DNA of 64,000 nucleotides, taken from Myxococcales bacterium. GTDB taxonomy: Bacteria; Myxococcota; Myxococcia; Myxococcales; UBA5297. Made by a program: the position numbers and the translations under genes. This document shows positions 1-10,095 of this stretch, one piece after another. How positions within the stretch are numbered: position 1 is the stretch's first letter; every line of letters starts with the position of its first letter. The DNA lies in the NCBI GenBank assembly GCA_049841135.1, contig JASGHK010000008.1, positions 339,272 to 403,271 of the forward strand, given 5' to 3'. Below the pieces are notes generated by a model. It was given only the letters and a program-made list of their open reading frames with translations, had not been told where the DNA came from and ran no database searches.

Positions 1-251
1 TCAAGCCCGAGCTGGCCTCGGAGGTCCCCTTCGACCTCGCGCCGCTCCAGCTCGAGAAGGTGCGCTCGCTCATCCCGGCGATGCCGCAGATGCCGAAGAT
101 CCAGATCGTCCCGGCGGGCGAGGAGCCTGAGCCGCCAGGCGCGGCGAAGGAGCCGGGCGGCGAGGTGGTACCGGCGAAGGCCGTGGACGACGGCAAGGCC
201 GCTCCGCCCACGAAGGCCGAGCCCAAGGCTGATCCCGCCAAGGCGAAGTAG
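1..251 (+). CDS. 3' end of a gene that starts upstream of the window; Pro/Ala/Lys-rich low-complexity C-terminal tail, function unknown
   Basis: Open frame runs from the window edge to the stop at 249-251; the listed ORF 60..251 is its tail. No family recognised. Confidence 0.35.
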   Translation, partial: KPELASEVPFDLAPLQLEKVRSLIPAMPQMPKIQIVPAGEEPEPPGAAKEPGGEVVPAKAVDDGKAAPPTKAEPKADPAKAK

Positions 252-264
252 GCCCGCCGCGCCC

Positions 265-1548
265 ATGGCTTCCACTCCTCCCGCCGGCCCGCCCCGGTCC
301 CACGCCGTTCAACGGGGCCTGAACGCGCTCGGCGCGGCCTTGCTCGCCGCCTGGTCCGCGTGGATCCTCGCCAGCGTTTTGTCCCCGCAGTTCCGCCTGC
401 TCGGCGGTAGCCGCGTCTGGTTCCCTGCCTCGCCGTTCTACCCCGGCGCGCCGTGGCCCTACTTCGGCCTCGACCTCCTCCACAACCTCGCGGGCGCGGT
501 CACCTGGGCGCACGAGGCGGAGCCTTACCGGGCGCTGGAGTTCTCTTACGCCGAGCCGGTCTACGTCTACCCCCCCCTGCCCCTGCGCCTCTTCTCCTGG
601 ACGGCGCTCTTCGGCCTCGAGGGCGCCAAGGCGGCCGTCGGGCTCTTCATGGGGCTGCTCACCGCGCTCGGTCTCGTCGCCGGCCTCGCTGCTGCGCGCG
701 CGCGAGTCGCGTTGGGACACACCCGGCTGCCCGCGTCGCTCGTGACCGCGCTCTTCCTGTGCTCCACGCCGTTCCTGTTCAGCTTAGAGCGCGGCAACTA
801 CGACCTGCTCGTCCTCGCCTGCATCCTCTGCGCGGCGCCGCTCCTGCGAGGCCCGTCGCTCGGCGCGGAGCTCGCGGCGGGTGCGCTGTTGGCGATGGCC
901 GCCTGGATGAAGGTCTACCCCGGCCTGCTCCTGCTCCCGTTGCTCGCGCTCGGCCGATGGCGGGCCGCTGCCGCGATGGGGATGTCCGGCTTCCTGCTCG
1001 GCCTCCTGGACCTGCCGCAGGTGCTCGCCTGGCAGGCCACCCTGCGCGCGCTGTACGGAAGCTTCGAGAGCTGGTCCTTCGTCCACTTCGCGCACTCGCT
1101 CACCCAGACCTGGGCCGGCCTCGCACGCTGGCTCCACCTGCCCTCTCCGAGCGGTGCGCTCCGGGCCACCCTCACCGGACTCTTCGTCGTCCCGTCCGTG
1201 GGCTACGTCTGCTGGCAGGTGTACCGGAGCCCCCGGCGCGCCGAGCTGGGGCTGCTGCTGCTCTGCTTCTGCGCCGCGGTGGCGACCTTCGTCCCCAAGG
1301 TCTCGTTCGACTACAACCTCGTCTTCCTGGCCCTGGCGCTGCTCATCGCCTGGGACCGGTCGCTGCCGGGATGGCTGCAGGCCCTCTTCGCCCTGCAGCT
1401 GCTCTGGCTGCAGCCCTTCGCGGTCCCCGGCCTTCCCGGCGCGGTGACGTTCCTGCTCAAGATCGCCGGGGCGGCGGCGGTCGGCCTCGTGCTCGTCCGC
1501 CGCGCCCGGGAGATCGCCACCGCCGACCCGAAGACCGGGGTCTGCTGA
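265..1548 (+). CDS. polytopic integral membrane protein, DUF2029/GT87-like (PMT-type) glycosyltransferase candidate
   Basis: 427-aa ORF with many hydrophobic helices; the WMKVYPGLLLLPLL segment is typical of GT87/DUF2029 membrane glycosyltransferases. Assignment is from pattern memory only. Confidence 0.45.
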   Translation: MASTPPAGPPRSHAVQRGLNALGAALLAAWSAWILASVLSPQFRLLGGSRVWFPASPFYPGAPWPYFGLDLLHNLAGAVTWAHEAEPYRALEFSYAEPVYVYPPLPLRLFSWTALFGLEGAKAAVGLFMGLLTALGLVAGLAAARARVALGHTRLPASLVTALFLCSTPFLFSLERGNYDLLVLACILCAAPLLRGPSLGAELAAGALLAMAAWMKVYPGLLLLPLLALGRWRAAAAMGMSGFLLGLLDLPQVLAWQATLRALYGSFESWSFVHFAHSLTQTWAGLARWLHLPSPSGALRATLTGLFVVPSVGYVCWQVYRSPRRAELGLLLLCFCAAVATFVPKVSFDYNLVFLALALLIAWDRSLPGWLQALFALQLLWLQPFAVPGLPGAVTFLLKIAGAAAVGLVLVRRAREIATADPKTGVC

Positions 1549-1552
1549 CCCG

Positions 1553-2884
1553 TCAGGTCCCGGCGACCTGCGCCTTCTCGAAGACGAGCGTCGGCGTGCG
1601 CAGCGACGAGTACGGGTACGGGTCGTTGCCCACCGCCACCAGGCTCTTCCAGAAATCGAGGTGGTTGCCGGAGAGGTTCATCTCCGAGATGGGCTCGGCG
1701 AGCTTGCCGCCGCGGACCCGGAAGCCCGAGATGCCCAGCGAGAAGTCGCCGGTCGTCGCGTTGGAGTTGCCGCCCAGGAACGAGGTGACGAGCACGCCTT
1801 CCTTCAGGTCGGCGAGCAGCTCCTCCTGGCTCTTGGTGCCGAGCTTCCAGGCGAGGTTGCTCGTGCGCGCGGTGGTCGGGGCCAGCTTCAGCTTGCGGCC
1901 GTAGTAGTTGTCCACGAAGTAGGTCTTGAGCACGCCCGCCTCGAAGACCGGCCGCTTCTTCGCCGCCATGCCCTCGGAGTCGAACAGCTGCGAGGAGAAG
2001 CCCTTGACGACGTGCGGGTCGTCGGTGACGTCCAGGAGCGCGCTGCCGATCTGCGCGCCGAGCTTGCCCTCGAACATCGAGCGCTTCTGCTGCAGCGAGC
2101 TCGCGGAGAGCGGCCCCAGGACCTGCGGCACGATGCGCCCGGCCGCGCGCGGGTCGATGGCCACGGTCATCAGCCCGGACTCGCCCTTCTTGGCGCCAAT
2201 GCGCTGCAGCGCCCGCCGCGCGGCGCCCTTGCCGACGCCGGCCGGATCGGGCAGCTCCTTGAAGAAGCGGGCGCCCGCGTAGTCCCAGTCCTCGGGCTTG
2301 CGGCCGTCGGGGTCCTTCACGCTGACCTCGGCGCTGAGCCAGAACGCGGTGTCGCGCCGCGTCCCCTCGAAGCCGTTGGAGTGGACCTTGAAGGACTCGC
2401 TCTGGTCGTCCGAGAAGCCGGTGGTGACGCTGATGAAGGCCTCGCTGCCCTTCTCGGCGCGGGCGGCGGCCTCCATCGCCTCGGCGATGCGCCGGCGCTC
2501 GACGGCGGTCACTGCGTCGTAGCCCGGGTCCTCGAGCATCAGGTCGAGCTTCTCCTGGCCCTCGTACAGCTTCGGGTCGGGCAGCGCTCGGGCCGGGTCG
2601 GGCGCGAGCGCGCGGGCCAGCGAGACCGCGTTGTCCAGGAACGCCTCGACCGCGTCCGGGCGCAGGTCGCTGGTGGAGCAGGAGGCGTAGCGGCCGTCGA
2701 CGTAGAGCTGCATCGACAGCCCGGCGCTGGTCGCCTCGTGCAGGCGGTCGACGCGGCCGTCGCGCCACTCCACGCTCACCTCGCGCGAGCGGTAGGCGTT
2801 GGCCGCCGCTTCCTTGGCGCCCTTCTTGAGCGCGCTCTGAACGGCCTGGCGCGCGACCTCGAGCATCTTCTGGGTATCTGCCAT
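1553..2884 (-). CDS. pmbA: TldE/PmbA metalloprotease modulator subunit
   Basis: 443-aa ORF with the GGNSNATTGDFS signature of the PmbA/TldD fold. Lies immediately downstream of tldD on the same strand with a 21-nt gap. No signal peptide. Confidence 0.85.
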   Translation of the reverse strand: MADTQKMLEVARQAVQSALKKGAKEAAANAYRSREVSVEWRDGRVDRLHEATSAGLSMQLYVDGRYASCSTSDLRPDAVEAFLDNAVSLARALAPDPARALPDPKLYEGQEKLDLMLEDPGYDAVTAVERRRIAEAMEAAARAEKGSEAFISVTTGFSDDQSESFKVHSNGFEGTRRDTAFWLSAEVSVKDPDGRKPEDWDYAGARFFKELPDPAGVGKGAARRALQRIGAKKGESGLMTVAIDPRAAGRIVPQVLGPLSASSLQQKRSMFEGKLGAQIGSALLDVTDDPHVVKGFSSQLFDSEGMAAKKRPVFEAGVLKTYFVDNYYGRKLKLAPTTARTSNLAWKLGTKSQEELLADLKEGVLVTSFLGGNSNATTGDFSLGISGFRVRGGKLAEPISEMNLSGNHLDFWKSLVAVGNDPYPYSSLRTPTLVFEKAQVAGT

Positions 2885-2905
2885 GGGTAGGTTCCCTCGA
2901 TCCGT

Positions 2906-4468
2906 TCAGGACTTGCGGCCGCCGACGGTGATCGACGCGACGCGCAGGGTGGGCATGCCGAAGCTGACCGGGACGCGCTGGCCGTCCTTGCCGCAGTAGC
3001 CGGCGCTGTTCTCGACCTTGAGGTCGTCGGCCACCAGGTCGATCTTCTCGAGCACCTTGGGGCCGTTGCCGATGAGGTTGACGTCCTTGATGGGCCGGGT
3101 GAGCTTGCCGTCCTCGATGAGGTAGCCGTTGGTGACGTAGAAGCTGAAGTCGCCCGCGCCGATCTGCACCTGGCCGTTGCCGATGTTCTCGCAGAACAGG
3201 CCCTTCTTGACCGAGGCGATGACCTCCGGCGCCTTGTGGGGGCCGTTGAGCATGTAGGTCGCGCGCATGCGCGGCACCGGCGGGAACGAATAGCTCTGCC
3301 GGCGGCCGTTGCCGGTGGGGGCGACCTGGTAGTGCTTGCTGGAGATGACGTCGTGCATGTAGGTCGCGAGCACGCCCTTGTCGACCAGCACCGTGCGCCC
3401 GGCGACCTGGCCCTCGTCGTCGACGTTGATGGAGCCGCGGCCGTTGTCGAGCGAGCCGTCGTCGACGATGGTCACGTAGTCCTTGGCCACCGTCTTGCCG
3501 ACCATGCCCGCGTAGATGGAGATGCCCTTGCGGTTGAAGTCGGCCTCCATGCCGTGGCCGATGGCCTCGTGCAGGAGCACGCCGGAGCTGCCCGAGCCCA
3601 GCACCACCGGCATCTCGCCGACCGGCGCGGGGACGGCGTCGAAGAGGATGAGGGTGCGCGAGAGCGCCTGGTCCAGCGTCTCGGCGACGAGCTGCGGCGT
3701 GTAGAACTCGAACCCGGCGCGCCCCGCCTTGCTGGCCCAGCCCGTCTCGCGGCGCCCGTCCTTCTCGGCGACGATCGACAACGAGAGGTCGGTCATCGGC
3801 TGCACGTCCTCGACGAGCCGACCCAAGCTGTCGGCGATGAGCACCACCCCCGCCTCGTTGCCCAGCGAGCAGTTGACCTTCCTGACCCGCGGGTCGCGCG
3901 CGAAGGCCTTCTGGTTGATCTCGGTGAGGATCGGCAGCTTCTGGGCGGGCTTGACCTCCTCCCAGCGCTGCTTGGCCAAGTAGCGCTGCGGCAGCCGGCC
4001 CTCGACCCGGAAGGTGGCAGGAGCGGCGGTCGCCGGTCCGTCGGCGATGGCCGCGGCGGTGGCGGCGGCGCGCTTGATGGAGTCGAGGACCAGCTCCTCG
4101 GTGTAGGCGTAGCCCGTCTGGTCGCCCTTGAGGACCCGCACGCCCACGCCCAGCTCGACGCGGGTGCTGGCGCGGTTGACCTCGCCGTCCTCCAGGCCCA
4201 CGTAGTCGGTGATGCGGTGCTGGAAGTAGAGCTCGGCGTAGTCGCCGCCGCGCCCGAGCGCCGCGGCCAGCGCCTCGCGGATGGCCTTCTCGTCGATGCC
4301 GAACCGCGCGAAGTAGCCGATGGAGCCCCCGCCCACGCCAGCGCCATCGGGCCTCACCGGGCCGCGCGCACATGCCGCCAACAGCTCGGTCGCCGAAGCG
4401 GCGGCCAGCGTGGCGGCCCCGTAGCCCAGGAAGTCCCTGCGGCTGAGGCCCTCTTTGCTCTTGGTCAT
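2906..4468 (-). CDS. tldD: TldD metalloprotease carrying an N-terminal twin-arginine (Tat) signal
   Basis: 520-aa ORF with the HEAIGHGMEADF zinc motif. N-terminus MTKSKEGLSRRDFLGYGAATLAAASA is a twin-arginine signal (SRRDFL followed by an h-region). Confidence 0.9.
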   Translation of the reverse strand: MTKSKEGLSRRDFLGYGAATLAAASATELLAACARGPVRPDGAGVGGGSIGYFARFGIDEKAIREALAAALGRGGDYAELYFQHRITDYVGLEDGEVNRASTRVELGVGVRVLKGDQTGYAYTEELVLDSIKRAAATAAAIADGPATAAPATFRVEGRLPQRYLAKQRWEEVKPAQKLPILTEINQKAFARDPRVRKVNCSLGNEAGVVLIADSLGRLVEDVQPMTDLSLSIVAEKDGRRETGWASKAGRAGFEFYTPQLVAETLDQALSRTLILFDAVPAPVGEMPVVLGSGSSGVLLHEAIGHGMEADFNRKGISIYAGMVGKTVAKDYVTIVDDGSLDNGRGSINVDDEGQVAGRTVLVDKGVLATYMHDVISSKHYQVAPTGNGRRQSYSFPPVPRMRATYMLNGPHKAPEVIASVKKGLFCENIGNGQVQIGAGDFSFYVTNGYLIEDGKLTRPIKDVNLIGNGPKVLEKIDLVADDLKVENSAGYCGKDGQRVPVSFGMPTLRVASITVGGRKS

Positions 4469-4799
4469 CTGTCCTCTCCTTGGCGGGTTCTTCGGCGAGC
4501 ACGGCCGCTCGACGGGCGCTTGGAAACGCCCGTCGGCACGTTCGATTCCCGACGGCGGCCCATCTTAGCGGCCCTTCCCGGGGAGCGGGGCAGGGTCTTG
4601 CTGCGACGCGTCGCAACCGGAGCAAACGGGGGGCCGGGGATTGCCGATTGCCCGGCCGTGGCTAGTGTTGGCCGGTTCGCGTTCGTCGTCCTCTCCCGGC
4701 CCCGGACAGGCCGGCCGCCGCCGCGGAGGCGAGATGCGTCGCAGCACCGGGAAGGACTTGGAGACGACGAAGGGTGGCCCCCCTGCCAGCGGGCTCGCC

Positions 4800-5180
4800 A
4801 TGGACGGCTACATCCTGGTGGTGGACGACGACGCCGACCACCGCCAGCTGCTGGCCGAGACCATCGCCCTGATGGGCTACCAGGCGGAGCAGGCGGAGAA
4901 CGGCCGGGTGGCACTCGACCGGCTCGAGGACGGGCTGCCCCTCCTGGTGCTGCTGGACCTGAAGATGCCGGTCATGAGCGGCTGGGCGGTGCTCGAGGCG
5001 CTGCGGCAGATGCCGCACGCCTCGGCCATCCCGGTGCTCGTCATCTCCGCCTACGGCTTCGAGTGGGAGGCGGAGCTCATCGGCGCCGCCGGCTACGTGA
5101 GCAAGCCGGTCGACCTCGACGCGCTGCGCCAGAAGATCGAGCGCCTCGTCGGCAGCCCCTCGCCGGCCCTGTTACACTGA
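4800..5180 (+). CDS. single-domain response regulator (CheY-like receiver), orphan
   Basis: MDGYILVVDDDADHRQLL...LLDLKMPVMSG...PVLVISAY are receiver-domain motifs (acidic pocket DD, phospho-Asp in LLDL, conserved K). Start chosen at the internal ATG at 4800; the upstream part of ORF 4641.. is Arg/Gly junk. Confidence 0.75.
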   Translation: MDGYILVVDDDADHRQLLAETIALMGYQAEQAENGRVALDRLEDGLPLLVLLDLKMPVMSGWAVLEALRQMPHASAIPVLVISAYGFEWEAELIGAAGYVSKPVDLDALRQKIERLVGSPSPALLH

Positions 5181-5267
5181 CGCCGCTCGCCCGGTAGTCG
5201 ACAACGTCAGGGCGAGCAAGCCTGGGCCGCCTTCCCTTCCCGCCGCAAAAGCCGCGAACCTGCTCGC

Positions 5268-6458
5268 ATGCTCCGACCGGTCGCCTGCTTGCCGCTCGTC
5301 TCGGCGCTCCTCGTCTCCGCCTGCTCGGCGCAGACCCCGCCGTCTTCCTGGGACGACGGGCTCGACGCCGGCCGGCGCGACGCCTACGTCTTCCGCCGCG
5401 ATGCCGGCCGCCCCGACGCTGCGGCCGGCCCCGACGCCGCGACGGACCGCCCCGACGCCTCCGATCTTGCCGACGACGCCGGAGACGCGGGCCCGCTGCC
5501 TCCCGCGCGGCTGTTCTCGGTCGACCCGCCGCAGGGAGGCTGCTCGGCGACGACCGAGGTGGCGCTCAGCGGCGAGGGCTTCCTCGAGGTCACCCGCGTC
5601 GAGGTCGGCGGCGTCGAGGCGAGCGAGGTGGTGCGCCTGGACTCCCAGCGGATCGTCGCCCGCTTCCCGCCCATCGGCCTGAAGGAGCGCGGCAAGAAGC
5701 TGGTCAGCGTGACCTTCGAGGACCGGTCGGCGGTGACGCTCCAGGACGGCTTCGAGTACGTCTTCGACGAGGACCCCATCGTCTTCGTCCACGGCTTCAT
5801 GCTCAGCCCCTTCGGCACGCTCATCGACCGCTTCAAGGAGGCGGGCTATCCGGACGAGGCGCTGTGGCGCATCGAGTACACCGACGCCTACGGCTCGTCG
5901 CTGACGAACGCCGAGGAGCTGCGGGTCTTCGTGGCCGACGTGCTCAACCAGACCGGGGCGCCGAAGGTGGACCTGGTCATCCACTCGATGGGCGGGCTCT
6001 CCTCGCGCTGGTACCTGCGGAACGGCGGCGACGCGTTCGTGCGCGACTACGTGGGCATCGCCGGCGCCTTCCACGGCACGTCGGTCGCCTACGCCTCCTG
6101 GTCCGACGGCGCCGCGGAGATGCGCCCGCCGTACGCCTGCGAGGGCGAGTCGCTCAACGACCTGCAGTTCAAGCTCAACGGCTGCCTGACCGACGACGGG
6201 CGGGACTTCTTCGTCGACGAGACGCCGTTCGGGGTCGAGGAGGGCGGCACGGTCAGCTACCTCTCCATCTCCTCCGAGCAGGACGAGTTCATCATCCCCA
6301 GCGAGTCCTCCTGCCTGAACCAGGGCAAGAAGAACGACTGCTCGGACGCCGCCAACGTGCGCGTGAGCTGGCTCGGCCACGGCACCATCCTGATGGACGA
6401 GGGCGTCTTCGACACCACCATCGCCCACCTGCGCCAGCGCAACCGCTCCAAGCCCTGA
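5268..6458 (+). CDS. lipoprotein with IPT/TIG-like domain plus alpha/beta-hydrolase lipase/esterase domain
   Basis: Signal peptide with lipobox LVSAC. The middle FSVDPPQGGC...RIVARFPP segment is IPT/TIG-like. VFVHGF and the GxSxG nucleophile elbow IHSMGG are typical of class-2 secreted lipases. Confidence 0.7.
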   Translation: MLRPVACLPLVSALLVSACSAQTPPSSWDDGLDAGRRDAYVFRRDAGRPDAAAGPDAATDRPDASDLADDAGDAGPLPPARLFSVDPPQGGCSATTEVALSGEGFLEVTRVEVGGVEASEVVRLDSQRIVARFPPIGLKERGKKLVSVTFEDRSAVTLQDGFEYVFDEDPIVFVHGFMLSPFGTLIDRFKEAGYPDEALWRIEYTDAYGSSLTNAEELRVFVADVLNQTGAPKVDLVIHSMGGLSSRWYLRNGGDAFVRDYVGIAGAFHGTSVAYASWSDGAAEMRPPYACEGESLNDLQFKLNGCLTDDGRDFFVDETPFGVEEGGTVSYLSISSEQDEFIIPSESSCLNQGKKNDCSDAANVRVSWLGHGTILMDEGVFDTTIAHLRQRNRSKP

Positions 6459-6516
6459 GGGCTGACGCGACTGCCAGGCTGCGCGCTCTCAGTAGGTGGC
6501 TTGGCTGCTCGCGCTC

Positions 6517-7545
6517 CTACTTGGCGGTGACGGAGAAGCCGCCCACGGTGCAGGCGACTTCCTTGGCCGCGCGGCTCTCGTCGTAGACGCGGATGGACTG
6601 GTCGTCGGCGTCGGCGATGAACTCCAGCTTGTTCTCGTCCTCCTCGCCGATGCCCACGCTCAGCGAGCGCGAGCCCTGGCGACCGCCGAACTCCACGCGG
6701 AAGTCCATGCCAAAGACCGATCCGCGCGTGTCGACCGGCTTGACGCGGATGGTGTTGCCGTCCTCATCCAGGAACTCGCGCACCGTCCGGTCGCAGCGGC
6801 CGGTGGCGCGCAGGACGTAGATCTGCCCTTTGACCAGCTTCACCTTGAGCGTCGTGCTTCCGCCCAGGCCGATCGTCTGGTTGGGGAAGCTCGCCACGAG
6901 CTGCCCAGAGTCGTGGCGGCGCTCGGAAGGCTTGGGTTCGACCATCGGCTTCTCGGTGGCATCGGGACGGCGCGGCGGAACGGCCACCTCCTTGCGCTTC
7001 TCGAGGGCCTCCTTGGCCGCGGCCAGGAGCGGCTCAGCCTCCTTCTTGGTCGTGGGCTCGGCAACGAGCGCCGTGAGCAGGCGCATTGCTTCCTCGGAGT
7101 CGCCGCTCTCCTGCGCCATCCTCGCGCGCATCATCCAGGCCTTCGGAGCCTTCTTCGCCGGTTGGGCAGCGACGAGCGCATCGAGCACGCCGGCCGCCTC
7201 GGCCTCTTCTTTGACCGCGACCAGGCCCTGGGCGTGCGCCACCACGACCTCCTCTTCCGATGGCGCCATCCGCACCGCCAGCGCCGAGAAGGTCAGCGCC
7301 ACGACGGGGTCCTGGTCGCGACAGGCTTCGGCGCCCTTGGCCACCGTCTTGGCCGCCTTCAGGCTCGCCGGGGTCGGCGGGCTGGGGACCTCGACCTTGG
7401 CCACCAGCTCGAACGCGTCGTCGCACTTCTTCTGGCCGAGGAGCTTGAGGAGCTGGTCGAGTGCGCCCGATCCGGCGGCAGGAGCAGGAGCGGCTGGAGC
7501 GGCCAAGGCGATGAGGAGAGAGAGGCAGGTCAGGGACGAAGACAT
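6517..7545 (-). CDS. secreted hypothetical protein
   Basis: True start is MSSSLTCLSLLIALAAPAAPA (signal peptide) at 7545; a cat triplet was confirmed there. The upstream part of the 565-aa ORF is antisense of the 7636..8217 gene. Charged Ala/Lys-rich middle, beta-rich C-terminus. Confidence 0.5.
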   Translation of the reverse strand: MSSSLTCLSLLIALAAPAAPAPAAGSGALDQLLKLLGQKKCDDAFELVAKVEVPSPPTPASLKAAKTVAKGAEACRDQDPVVALTFSALAVRMAPSEEEVVVAHAQGLVAVKEEAEAAGVLDALVAAQPAKKAPKAWMMRARMAQESGDSEEAMRLLTALVAEPTTKKEAEPLLAAAKEALEKRKEVAVPPRRPDATEKPMVEPKPSERRHDSGQLVASFPNQTIGLGGSTTLKVKLVKGQIYVLRATGRCDRTVREFLDEDGNTIRVKPVDTRGSVFGMDFRVEFGGRQGSRSLSVGIGEEDENKLEFIADADDQSIRVYDESRAAKEVACTVGGFSVTAK

Positions 7546-7635
7546 GGGCACTCCGGGGCGGTCGGCGAGGCACAGTGTACCCAGTTTGGGGGACGCTGAG
7601 ACCGCGCTGGCCAGGCCTCGCGGCATGGGGTACCC

Positions 7636-8217
7636 ATGGCGGCCCTTCAACGAACAGCCCGGAGGAACCACGTGGACTCTCAAGTCATCAGCGAGCTGGA
7701 GAAGGCCGGCCTCGACCCCAAGCTGGAGAAGCGCTTCTTGACCGTGCCGGTCACGGTCGACGAGGTCACGGGCAAGCCCAAGCCGGTGGGCAAGGACGTG
7801 CTGCTGCTCAACGGCGAGCAGCCGGTGCCGGTGGCGCTCAAGTCCGTCTCCGAGCTCTTCACGGGCAACAAGCAGCCGCCCAGCTTCGCGTCCGGCCCGA
7901 CCAAGGAGTACGTGAACTTCTTCGCGATGGTGGAGTTCACCGCGCTCGAGTACCTGCACGCCGCCGGGCTGGAGCGCGACGAGGAGTTCGTCCGCATCTA
8001 CAACCTGCTCCGCCGGCGCCCCGACGGCACCGACGCCAACCCGCTGTTCTCCTACCTGCAGGCGGCGGCGCGGCTGTACATGTCGCTCTTCGACATCAGC
8101 CAGGCGGAGTACGAGGCGGTCTTCAACCGGCTGACCCGCTCGGCCAAGGGCCAGATGGAGGACGCCGCCTCCACCCACTACATCCGCATGCTGCACGACC
8201 GGCTGCACCAGCACTGA
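7636..8217 (+). CDS. hypothetical protein
   Basis: 193-aa ORF with good GC3 bias and no recognised family. Start codon is uncertain; a GTG at about 7672 is an alternative. Confidence 0.4.
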   Translation: MAALQRTARRNHVDSQVISELEKAGLDPKLEKRFLTVPVTVDEVTGKPKPVGKDVLLLNGEQPVPVALKSVSELFTGNKQPPSFASGPTKEYVNFFAMVEFTALEYLHAAGLERDEEFVRIYNLLRRRPDGTDANPLFSYLQAAARLYMSLFDISQAEYEAVFNRLTRSAKGQMEDAASTHYIRMLHDRLHQH

Positions 8218-8304
8218 GCGGCACTCGAGCCGTTCCTCTCGAAGCCGTCAGCGAGGAGAGGCCTGCCCCTCTCCTCCAGCGCGCCTCTGGGCCATACTGC
8301 TCGT

Positions 8305-9834
8305 ATGCCCTCCGCGACCGCTCTCGCCGCCCCGCTCGCCGCGGCCATCGTTGCCGCTGCCCCGGGACCGGCCTTGCCGAAGTGCGAGAAGTTCGGCGAC
8401 TCCTGGCGGGAGTACCGAACCTCCCACTTCGTCCTCGACACCGACGCCGGCAAGACCAAGGCCTTGGCGCTGGTCACCGAGCTCGAGCGGATGCGCGCGC
8501 TCATCATCCAAGCGGTCCTGGGCGGTCCGGCAGAGGTGCCGGGGACCCTGCGCGTTCTCGCGCCGAACGACCCCGCGCTCTTCACGCAGCTCTCCGGCCG
8601 GCGCGATCAGGTCGTGGGTTACTTCCTTCTTTCGTACCTGCAAGAGCCGACCGTGGTCGTGCAGACCGTGGGACTCGAAGTCGACCCCGAGCTGATCGCC
8701 CACGAGTTGGTGCACCACCTCTCCTGGCACATGTTCCCCCGGCAGCCACGCTGGTTCACCGAAGGCCTGGCGATGTTCATGCAGAGCGTCGGGAGAGAGC
8801 GCTCGGACGTGGAGTCCTCCACCGGCAGCCACCTCTCGCACAGCGGCGCCACCGGTGGCCACTGGGCAGGAGTGCAGCCTCGGTACGCCCTCGACGTCCT
8901 CAAGGTTGCGGGCAAGGTCGACGTCAAGGCGCTGCTCTCTTGGAAGGGCGTCACCGACGACGATATCCCGGAGCGATACCACCTCTGGAGCTGGCTCCTC
9001 TTCCACTATCTCTGGAACCAGGAGTCGAAGCGCTTCACGGCGCTCCAGGAGCGGCTGTCCCGGGCCGAGGATCCCGCCCAGGCTTGGCTCGCCGTCTTCC
9101 CCGAGTACAACCCGAATGATGCCGCCGCGGCCGCGAGGCTCTCGGAGGCGCTGGAGCAACACCGCCTGCACAGCAAGGGCCTCACCTACAAGGTCGAGGC
9201 GAAGGTCGAGCCCCAGGTGACCGAGGCCCCGCTGCCCGCCGCGGACGTCCACGTCCTCACCCTGGCGGTCCGCCGGGTCCGCCCCCTCTCCGTCGCCGTG
9301 GCCGAGCTGGAAGAGTCACTGCGCGAAGACCCTCTCCAGCCCCAGGCGATCGGGTGGCTCTCGACCCTCACGGACACGTCACCCCTCGAGGCCTTGCGCA
9401 ACGCCGTCGCCGCGCGGCCCACCGACGCGCGCGCCTGGCTCGAGCTCGCCTCGCACACCACCGAGCCCATCGAGAAGGAGAAAGCCGTACGCCAGGCTCT
9501 AGCCCTGGAGCCGGCGAACCCGACGTGCCTCAACAATCTGGCCTGGCTCCTCGTGACCACCGGTCGCGCCCGCGAAGCGCTCAAGCACGCCAACCGCGCC
9601 GTCGGCCTCGAGCCTTGGTCCGCCGCGACCATCGATACGCTCGCGGTCGTCGCGCGCGAGCTGGGCAAGTGCCCCGAGGCGCTCGTGCTGCAGCGCCGCG
9701 CCGTGGCGCTCTCCCTCTCCGATGGCGGAGAGACGATCCGCAAGCACCTGGAGGAGTTGGAGGCGCGAAGCAAGACGGCGCCAAACTCCAGCGCTCCGTT
9801 GCCGAGTGCTGCCCCGGCAGGCAAGGCCCCGTAG
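8305..9834 (+). CDS. secreted HExxH metallopeptidase-like protein (DUF1570-like) with C-terminal TPR repeats
   Basis: N-terminal signal-like Ala stretch. HELVHH zinc-binding motif. C-terminal ARAWLELA / NNLAWLL helix-repeat units. Confidence 0.55.
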   Translation: MPSATALAAPLAAAIVAAAPGPALPKCEKFGDSWREYRTSHFVLDTDAGKTKALALVTELERMRALIIQAVLGGPAEVPGTLRVLAPNDPALFTQLSGRRDQVVGYFLLSYLQEPTVVVQTVGLEVDPELIAHELVHHLSWHMFPRQPRWFTEGLAMFMQSVGRERSDVESSTGSHLSHSGATGGHWAGVQPRYALDVLKVAGKVDVKALLSWKGVTDDDIPERYHLWSWLLFHYLWNQESKRFTALQERLSRAEDPAQAWLAVFPEYNPNDAAAAARLSEALEQHRLHSKGLTYKVEAKVEPQVTEAPLPAADVHVLTLAVRRVRPLSVAVAELEESLREDPLQPQAIGWLSTLTDTSPLEALRNAVAARPTDARAWLELASHTTEPIEKEKAVRQALALEPANPTCLNNLAWLLVTTGRAREALKHANRAVGLEPWSAATIDTLAVVARELGKCPEALVLQRRAVALSLSDGGETIRKHLEELEARSKTAPNSSAPLPSAAPAGKAP

Positions 9835-10095
9835 GCGAGCGCCGTGAAACGACTTGCTGCATCACGACGGGGCTCGCGACCCAGCCAAGGGACCGGAGCG
9901 ACCTGCTAAAGATAGGCAGCTACTTTGTGACATGTTCTGCGACCCGGACTGAGCCGCGCGACCCGGAAACCCGAGGCCTTGCCGAAGTACCGCCTGGGCG
10001 ATCTGTCAGACCTCTGATGGAGCTCACCGAGCGCAGCGGCACCGCGCGGCCGGGCAGGCTTGACCAGGTACGAAAGTCGCTACCATATTTGGACC

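Noticed and set aside
1311-4625. 1104-aa ORF on the minus strand spanning pmbA-tldD in another frame
   Set aside because: Arg/Gly/Ala-rich low-complexity translation typical of high-GC out-of-frame ORFs. It overlaps two well-supported genes.
3236-5197. 653-aa plus-strand ORF antisense to tldD
   Set aside because: Low-complexity RG-rich product. Antisense shadow of tldD.
6517-8214. 565-aa minus ORF
   Set aside because: Only the C-terminal 342 aa (from the signal peptide at 7545) are a real gene. The rest is antisense of the 7636..8217 CDS.
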